A stretch of 64,000 bases of DNA. Origin: Candidatus Cloacimonadales bacterium (lineage in GTDB: Bacteria; Cloacimonadota; Cloacimonadia; Cloacimonadales; JAFGVF01). Below are positions 20,746-27,388 of the stretch, piece by piece (position 1 is the first letter of the stretch; every line of letters begins with the position of its first letter). Under the pieces are notes generated by a model. That model did no database searches. It saw nothing but the letters and a program-made list of their open reading frames with translations, and was not told where the DNA came from. The DNA lies in the NCBI GenBank assembly GCA_963663475.2, contig CAXXJV010000001.1, positions 2,240,001 through 2,304,000 on the forward strand, in the 5' to 3' direction. Both the position numbers and the translations under genes were made by a program.

Positions 20746-22011
20746 CTAATTTTGGTGAATTAACTCACCTTTTTTATAAACTTCTAATATATTATTTGAT
20801 CCAAAGTGATAAGGAAGATATTGATAACTAGGCATATCTGTAATCAATATATCAGCATATTTACCTATCTCAATTGATCCTACTTTATCAGCCATACCGA
20901 TTGCGTGTGCTGCATTAATTGTTGAAGCAACAATAGCTTCTGCAGGGGTCATTTTCATTTGCAGACAAGCAAGAGAAATGACAAATTGCATATTATCACA
21001 ATTGCAAGAGCCAGGATTAAAGTCACTTGCTAAAGCAACCGGTGTATTTAATTCTATCATTTTACGAGCATCAGCATAAGATGTCAATCCTAAAGAAAAA
21101 ATGGTTGCTGGCAAGAGTGTGGCAATAACTCCTTTTTTAGCCAGAGCTTTGATACCTTTTTCGGAAGCAGCACCTAAATGATCTGCTGAGACACATCCTA
21201 ATTCTGCAGCAAGTTCAGCTCCACCAATTGGGACTATTTCATCTGCATGCATTTTAAGTTTCAAACCATGTTCTTTTGCACATTGGAGAACTTGTCTAGA
21301 TTCAGTAATAGAATAAACGTGATCTTCTGTAAAAATATCACAATATTCAGCTAAAGCAGATTTTGCTACTTCTGGAATCATCTCTTGGGTAAGAATATCA
21401 ATATAGCCTTGATGGTTTTCTTTATATTCAAAAGGAAATTCATGTGCTCCCATGAAAGTAGGAACTATATCAATTTTTTCTTCATTTTTTAGTTTATTAA
21501 TAACTCTTAGCTGTTTAAGCTCAGCTTTAGTATCTAAACCATATCCTGATTTTGCTTCAATGGTTGTTGTTCCACATGAAATCATCTTTTTTATTCTCTG
21601 CTGAGCTAGGAGGAAAAGGTCTTCCTCGGAAGCATCTTTAGTAGAAGAAATTGTTGAATTAATTCCACCGCCTGCTAGGGAGATTTCAACATAACCTTTC
21701 CCTTGAATTCGCATCTCAAATTCGTTTTCACGAGTATGAACAAATATGGGGTGAGTATGAGGATCAACAAAACCAGGCATAACTACCTTGTCCATGGCAT
21801 CTATTATCTCATTTGGTCTAAAATTATCTAAAATATTATCAGTAGTATCTACAGCAACGATCAAACCATCTTTAATAGCTAAAGCACCATTGCTTATGAT
21901 ACCTAAATTAGACATTTCTCTACCAACACGTGGTTTATCTCCACCAGCTACAGTGATTAACTGATTAGCATTTATAATTATTTTATCTACAACTTGCATT
22001 ATTTTCTCCAT
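20746..22011 (-). CDS. hutI: Imidazolonepropionase
   Basis: PGFVDPHTH, EAKSGYGL, HADE, SADHL and SDFNPG; true start may be 21999. Confidence 0.93.
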   Translation of the reverse strand: MEKIMQVVDKIIINANQLITVAGGDKPRVGREMSNLGIISNGALAIKDGLIVAVDTTDNILDNFRPNEIIDAMDKVVMPGFVDPHTHPIFVHTRENEFEMRIQGKGYVEISLAGGGINSTISSTKDASEEDLFLLAQQRIKKMISCGTTTIEAKSGYGLDTKAELKQLRVINKLKNEEKIDIVPTFMGAHEFPFEYKENHQGYIDILTQEMIPEVAKSALAEYCDIFTEDHVYSITESRQVLQCAKEHGLKLKMHADEIVPIGGAELAAELGCVSADHLGAASEKGIKALAKKGVIATLLPATIFSLGLTSYADARKMIELNTPVALASDFNPGSCNCDNMQFVISLACLQMKMTPAEAIVASTINAAHAIGMADKVGSIEIGKYADILITDMPSYQYLPYHFGSNNILEVYKKGELIHQN

Positions 22012-22030
22012 TTATTTTTTATTTTTAATT

Positions 22031-22224
22031 TAATCAGAATGGTGCAGTAGAACTTCAGTAATACTTCGCTAAAGCTAAGTATCACAGGTGAAGAGTGCAG
22101 ATTCTTTTAGCAAAATAACTTACAGAATTCAGATGTATATAATATATATACAGAAAATTATGGATTTTACTTTTGCAAAAGAATATTCTCTTATTCTCAA
22201 AGATCTACAGCATTATTTAAGTTT
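22031..22224 (-). mobile_element. MITE-like palindromic element, full-length diverged copy (reverse orientation)
   Basis: Reverse complement aligns along its length with 24039-24235; imperfect terminal inverted repeats. Confidence 0.78.
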
Positions 22225-22236
22225 CAAATATGAATA

Positions 22237-23208
22237 TCATATTTCTAGCATTTCTAAAAAGCTCTCTATTCTTAGCTTTGTTCTTTCATCAAGTTGGCCT
22301 GGCTTATCTCCCTCTATTAGAAGCATAGGTAAATCAATTTTTTCCTTAAGTAGAATATTATCAATTTGTCTGTGACAGAAAGATTGACTATAAGAAATTA
22401 CAGCATCTATCTTTCTCTTTTTAAGCTCAATCAAGATGTCTTCAATCCTGAAATCAATATCATAAGGATAAGTATATCGAAGATATTGTTTAACTATGTC
22501 TTTTTCTAGATAAGGCATAGAGAATTGTCTTTGAACTTCATTAAAGACTACACGAGCACCTAAATCTTCAAATGTTTGATAAATATCAGTTAAAATTGGG
22601 GGAACTCCCAGAAAAGCTAACCTAAGTTCATTTTTTCTTGCTTGGCGAGCTTGAGCTTCCTCAAGAAAAGCATCAAGTTCATCATTGAATTTTATATAGT
22701 CACCATTAAAATCTGAAGAAGAAACTAACCATAAGTGATTTTCTAATCCAGTAACTTTATTATCAATGTAAGTAAGCTCATCTAGTTTCTTTAACTTTGC
22801 TCTGATTGAGTCAAGTTCTTCTTTTTTCTTATTGACTTGCTCCAATGAAACGTTAAAATGTTTAGCAAAATTATCAATTTCTTTTTTAAGACTACTTTGG
22901 TCTCTATTATAAGGAAATGAAAAAGATGAAACAGTAATACCTTCATTTTTAATTACAGACATTAAGGAGTGGGTATTAGAACAATCACCTTCTACTACTC
23001 CTATAAGTTCATCAATTCCTGAATTCTTTGCAACAGTATATAGACCCTTAATCCAGGCACAAATATTTCTAGGAAAGCCCCTCTTTTCAGCCTGTGTTAC
23101 ACTTTCAAGTGCATTTCCTGAAACTAATATATTATTTAAATCAATAGGAATATTGTTACTTGCATAAATCACTTCTACTGGAAGTGAAGTAGTTATCCCA
23201 ATCTTCAT
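22237..23208 (-). CDS. 2-hydroxyacyl-CoA dehydratase family protein (HgdB/FldC-like)
   Basis: GFPRNICAWIKG, GDCSNT, QSFCHR and RIESFLEML. Confidence 0.82.
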   Translation of the reverse strand: MKIGITTSLPVEVIYASNNIPIDLNNILVSGNALESVTQAEKRGFPRNICAWIKGLYTVAKNSGIDELIGVVEGDCSNTHSLMSVIKNEGITVSSFSFPYNRDQSSLKKEIDNFAKHFNVSLEQVNKKKEELDSIRAKLKKLDELTYIDNKVTGLENHLWLVSSSDFNGDYIKFNDELDAFLEEAQARQARKNELRLAFLGVPPILTDIYQTFEDLGARVVFNEVQRQFSMPYLEKDIVKQYLRYTYPYDIDFRIEDILIELKKRKIDAVISYSQSFCHRQIDNILLKEKIDLPMLLIEGDKPGQLDERTKLRIESFLEMLEI

Positions 23209-23380
23209 GATTCCTCTTTTTATTAACTTTTTAAGCTTATAAATACTTAGTTATAAGCTTTGTGTTACTTTTATATAATGAATTATGATGACAAGATTTT
23301 TTTTTCTTAAGTAAGAATATTCCTATTTTCTAAGAAAGTTAATTCTTCAAAGATGTTAGATACTTATAAAAAAGAAGAAG

Positions 23381-23779
23381 TTAAACTTCTTTATTATCAT
23401 TTTCTTCTTCAGACTTAACTTCTGCTTTTTCAGGTTCTTGAGAAGTAGAAGTATCTTCAGTTTCTGTAATTTCTACTTCTATTTCACTTTCTTCTTTAAC
23501 ATTATCTTGGCAAGATTGACTATTATCTTTTTTATCTGTCTTTTCACTTTTTTCACCATTAATGGTATTGTTACCAAAGTTGAAAGAATCTTTAATATTA
23601 TATCTAAAATCAAAGAGTGCTTTGCAGATAAGGTAAAGCATGATGCTCTGCCAATAAGAGATTTTTTTTGTTCCAAACAATTCTGGGAACAATTTATTCC
23701 ATAAATATTTAAGTAAACCTGTAATTGTTATTAAAAATCCTATACCCTGAACTTGAATATTACCTTTTGTCTTCTTCAT
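23381..23779 (-). CDS. Hypothetical membrane protein with acidic tail
   Basis: LWNKLFPELFG...ISYWQ..LF segment typical of a small uncharacterised membrane family; AAGGAG RBS; TTGACA upstream. Confidence 0.7.
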   Translation of the reverse strand: MKKTKGNIQVQGIGFLITITGLLKYLWNKLFPELFGTKKISYWQSIMLYLICKALFDFRYNIKDSFNFGNNTINGEKSEKTDKKDNSQSCQDNVKEESEIEVEITETEDTSTSQEPEKAEVKSEEENDNKEV

Positions 23780-24038
23780 ATTAATCTCCTTTTAATATTT
23801 ATTTAATTATTGTAATTGTGAATTATGTGTCAATCTATTTTTTAATCTAAATAAGACTGTAGCTATGAGTCTGTTCAACCATCAAGTCATTCTTTCCAAT
23901 AGTTTATCCTGGAAGAAGTAAAAAATATTGCCTTCTTTAGGTTTTTTGGACATTTTATCAGGATTGATTTAAGTTAAGATTGCCTCTTCAGTCGGACGAT
24001 GTAGATTCTCTCCGCACCAAGCTGTAAGCTTGTTCTAT

Positions 24039-24235
24039 TAAACCTAATACTGCATTAGACCTTTCTGAATAGCAGAATATTCTTCTGCAAAAGTAAGATA
24101 CATAATTTTTCCGTATATATAAAATATATGCGTCAAAATTCTGTAAGCTAGTTTGCTAGAATAATCTGCACTCTTCACCTTTTATACGTAGCTTTAGCCA
24201 AATATTACTAAAGCTCTACTCCACTATCTGGATTA
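24039..24235 (+). mobile_element. MITE-like palindromic element, full-length copy
   Basis: About 120 nt nearly identical to 46338-46460; imperfect terminal inverted repeats; internal hairpins. Confidence 0.8.
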
Positions 24236-24325
24236 AAATTATTTATCACATTTCCCACTCTACTTGGGAAAGAGCCCTATTTTATTTTACAAAAATTACT
24301 GAGAATAAAATATATTCTCCTCTAT

Positions 24326-24406
24326 TCATTCCTTATCCTTCCTTTACAGTCTTTCGATGAAAGTCCCAGTTTCATCGAAAGACTGTAAAGGAAGGATAAG
24401 GGATGA
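24326..24406. repeat. Long palindrome with a perfect 32-bp stem and 7-nt loop
   Basis: ccttatccttcctttacagtctttcgatgaaa (24331-24362), loop gtcccag, exact reverse complement at 24370-24401. Confidence 0.95.
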
Positions 24407-24414
24407 TAAGTACT

Positions 24415-24701
24415 AAATCCTGAAGGGATAAGTCTTAAATCCTCAAAGGGGATAAATAGTTTAGCCTAGGGTAAATTCCTGAAGGGAATGCAAGCCTGGG
24501 TACTGGTGATGAAAAACAAAGCCTAACCCTGAAAGGGTTAAATAACATCAATTATACCATAGACTTATACAATAATATATTATTTATCATTTTATTAAAC
24601 CCTTACAGGGTAACATCTTTGGGTTAGCCATCATTACCCAGGGTTGCGATACTTTCAGCATCTTACCCTGGGCTAAATTATTTTATCCCTTTCAGGGATT
24701 T
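24415..24701. repeat. REPIN-like nested inverted repeat built from CCCTGAAAGGG-type units
   Basis: Arms 24437-24474/24663-24701, about 24489-24510/24628-24648 and 24524-24545/24592-24612 are imperfect reverse complements; six CC(C)TGAA(A)GGG-like units. Confidence 0.8.
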
Positions 24702-24829
24702 TTGATGAATCAATATAGTAATGAAATATTCTCATTTTCCTATATTATTCCCACCAGACTTGAACTTGAGCCTTATTATAATATCTGAGATTTAGACAAG
24801 TAAGTCAACTTGTATATCATAAGCAAATT

Positions 24830-24961
24830 TATCCCAAATAATGTATTAGACCTTTACGAATAGCGCTAGCTTACTTTTGCTAAAAGAATCAAGCACTCTT
24901 AACCTGTGATACCTAGCTTTAGCGAAGTATTATCAATGTTCAAATGCACTATTATGGTTTA
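24830..24961 (+). mobile_element. MITE-like element, internally deleted copy
   Basis: Left end tagacctttacgaatagc joined to the right half (cctgtgatacctagctttagcgaagtatta), which matches the 22031 copy. Confidence 0.72.
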
Positions 24962-24970
24962 ATCAAAAAA

Positions 24971-24996
24971 AATGGGATATCCTAGGATATCCCATT
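24971..24996 (-). terminator. gdhA intrinsic terminator
   Basis: aatgggatatcctaggatatcccatt perfect palindrome with a T-tract on the minus strand. Confidence 0.75.
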
Positions 24997-25033
24997 AATG
25001 TTTATCTATTTAGTAGTAAAACTAAATTATTTA

Positions 25034-26374
25034 TTAAACAATACCTTGTTGAAGCATAGCTTCAGCAACTTTCATGAAACCAGCGATATTAGCGCCTTTA
25101 GCATAATCAATGAAACCATCATCTTGAGTTCCATATTTAACACATGCTTCATGGATGTCTGACATAATACGTTGTAATTTTTCATCAACTTCTTCAGCAG
25201 TCCAGTTGAATCTTAAAGAGTTTTGAGACATTTCAAGACCAGAAACAGCAACGCCACCAGCATTAGCAGCTTTACCAGGTCCGAAAGGAACTTTAGCTGT
25301 ATGGAAAGCATGAGCTGCATCAGCAGTACAAGGCATATTAGCAACTTCGATAATAGCTTGAACGCCATTAGCAATTAATTTGTCTGCATCTTCTTTATTA
25401 AGTTCGTTTTGAGTTGCACATGGGAAAGCTAAATCAACTTTTACGCCCCAAGGTTTTTCGCCAGGGAAGAATTTAGCATTTGGGAATGATTTAACATAGT
25501 CAGCAATTCTATCATTGTTAGAAGCTCTTAAGTCTAACATACATTGCCATTTTTCAGGAGTATTAATACCTTCTTCGTCAAGAACATAACCGTCAGGACC
25601 AGAAAGAGTGATAACTTTTGCTCCAAGCTCAGTAGCTTTTTGGCAAACACCCCATGAAACGTTACCGAAACCAGAAACAGCAACTCTCTTACCTTCAAGA
25701 GTTTCGTTTTTGTCTGATAACATGCCTTTAGCATAATATACGCCACCAAAACCTGTAGCTTCAGGTCTGATTAAAGATCCACCCCAAGTTCTACCTTTAC
25801 CAGTAAGAACACCAGTGAACTCGTTACGTAATTTTTTATACATACCGAACATGTAACCAATTTCTCTTCCACCAACACCAATGTCACCAGCAGGAACGTC
25901 TGTGTTAGGGCCGATATGACGGAATAATTCCATCATGAAAGATTGACAGAATCTCATGATTTCGCCATCAGATCTACCTCTAGCGTCGAAATCAGATCCA
26001 CCTTTACCACCACCCATAGGAAGGGTAGTTAAACTATTCTTAAAGATTTGTTCGAAACCTAAGAATTTAAGGATAGAAAGATTAACAGAAGGATGGAATC
26101 TTAATCCACCTTTATATGGTCCAATAGCACTATTAAATTCAATTCTGTAACCTTTATTTACATGAACTTCACCTTTGTCATCAGTCCATGGAACACGGAA
26201 CATGATTACTCTTTCCGGTTCAACAAGTCTGTCTAAAATTTTGGCATCTACAAAAGCAGGGTTACTTTGGTAAGCTTCCCAGATAGTGTCAACAACTTCT
26301 TTCACAGCTTGAATAAATTCAGGTTGTCCAGGGTTTTTAGCTTCTACTTGAGCTACAAATTCTTGTGCGGTCAT
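25034..26374 (-). CDS. gdhA: NAD(P)-specific glutamate dehydrogenase
   Basis: GPYKGGLRFHPSV, MGGGKGGSDF, DVPAGDIGVG and GFGNV. Confidence 0.96.
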   Translation of the reverse strand: MTAQEFVAQVEAKNPGQPEFIQAVKEVVDTIWEAYQSNPAFVDAKILDRLVEPERVIMFRVPWTDDKGEVHVNKGYRIEFNSAIGPYKGGLRFHPSVNLSILKFLGFEQIFKNSLTTLPMGGGKGGSDFDARGRSDGEIMRFCQSFMMELFRHIGPNTDVPAGDIGVGGREIGYMFGMYKKLRNEFTGVLTGKGRTWGGSLIRPEATGFGGVYYAKGMLSDKNETLEGKRVAVSGFGNVSWGVCQKATELGAKVITLSGPDGYVLDEEGINTPEKWQCMLDLRASNNDRIADYVKSFPNAKFFPGEKPWGVKVDLAFPCATQNELNKEDADKLIANGVQAIIEVANMPCTADAAHAFHTAKVPFGPGKAANAGGVAVSGLEMSQNSLRFNWTAEEVDEKLQRIMSDIHEACVKYGTQDDGFIDYAKGANIAGFMKVAEAMLQQGIV

Positions 26375-26587
26375 TACGAACCTCCATCAATTTTTTTTAT
26401 ATATTTATGTCTTATTTAAAATATCACATTTATTTGTCAAGCTTTTCAAAAAAAATAATTATAATTATTTATAAGCTACTGTTATAAGGGTTAATAACAG
26501 ACTAACAAAAATAACATAAATGAGCTGCAGACAAAAAAGAGATATAAAAATAAGTAGTTTATCGATAATATATTATCAAAAAAACAA

Positions 26588-27388
26588 CTATTCTTTTTGG
26601 CAAATCTTACAGAAATAGGTTGATCTACCACCTATCTTAATTTTATCAATATCATGTCCTTTAGGGCATATATTTTTACCATAGACCTGCAAAAAGTTTT
26701 GAAAAGAGCCAGTTTTATCATCTACTCTTCGATAGTCAGAAATTGTAGTACCGTTACATTCAATAGCTTGTTGTAGGACTGATTTAATTTCTTTAACAAT
26801 TTTAGCTAGGTCTTTATCTGTTAATTTATTAGCAGCTTTTAAAGGGTTTATTCCGCTTCGGTAGAGAACTTCGCAGGCATAGATGTTTCCTAATCCTGCT
26901 ATTTTTCTTTGGTCTAACAAGAATGATTTAATTGGTGCAGAGATCTTTTTGATATTGTCTTGTAAGTAGTTAAGATTAAAATCATCAGAAAGAGGTTCTA
27001 TTCCTAAATTACGAAAATAGTGAGGGAAATCGGCTTGTGGAATGCAATCAATAGTCCCAAAGGTTCTAACATCGTCAAATCTAAGATAGCTATTATCAGA
27101 GAAATTGATTCTAGCTCGTTCATGTTTTAAAGGAGCTTGATCTAACTCTTCATAGATAAGTTTTCCTGTCATTCTTAAATGAACAATTACCGCAAAGTCA
27201 TTATCAAGTATTATCAGTATATATTTACCTCTTCTGTCCACTTGCAGAACTTTAGCAGAATAGTCACTATCATCACAGGTAAGCCTAATAGTATTAGGAT
27301 AGAATTCTTCAATAGAGACTATTTCTTTACCGAGAATAATTTCTTGCAAATCATTAACAACAGTTTGTACTTCTGGAAGTTCTGGCAT
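26588..27388 (-). CDS. mutM: Formamidopyrimidine-DNA glycosylase
   Basis: MPELPEV, RRGKY, HLRMTG, GLGNIY and C-terminal zinc finger. Confidence 0.96.
   Translation of the reverse strand: MPELPEVQTVVNDLQEIILGKEIVSIEEFYPNTIRLTCDDSDYSAKVLQVDRRGKYILIILDNDFAVIVHLRMTGKLIYEELDQAPLKHERARINFSDNSYLRFDDVRTFGTIDCIPQADFPHYFRNLGIEPLSDDFNLNYLQDNIKKISAPIKSFLLDQRKIAGLGNIYACEVLYRSGINPLKAANKLTDKDLAKIVKEIKSVLQQAIECNGTTISDYRRVDDKTGSFQNFLQVYGKNICPKGHDIDKIKIGGRSTYFCKICQKE

Noticed and set aside
22088..22375. 95-aa plus-strand ORF
   Set aside because: It starts inside the repeat element and runs antisense into the dehydratase gene, with no recognisable motif.
23905..24016. Glycine-riboswitch-like words on the minus strand (GGAGAGA...ACTGAAGAGGCAA)
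   Set aside because: No properly placed CTCTCAGG partner, and the downstream gene's likely -35 box lies 3' of it. An Rfam scan would settle it.
24009..24019. TCCGCACCA resembling a tRNA 3' end or attachment site
   Set aside because: No T-arm or cloverleaf upstream and no integrase nearby.
24331..24401. Hammerhead ribozyme suggested by GATGA...GAAA
   Set aside because: The words lie within one perfect stem; there is no CTGATGA core or three-way junction.
24415..24701. Possible CRISPR array
   Set aside because: The units are inverted, variable and irregularly spaced, with no constant direct repeat plus unique spacers and no cas genes.
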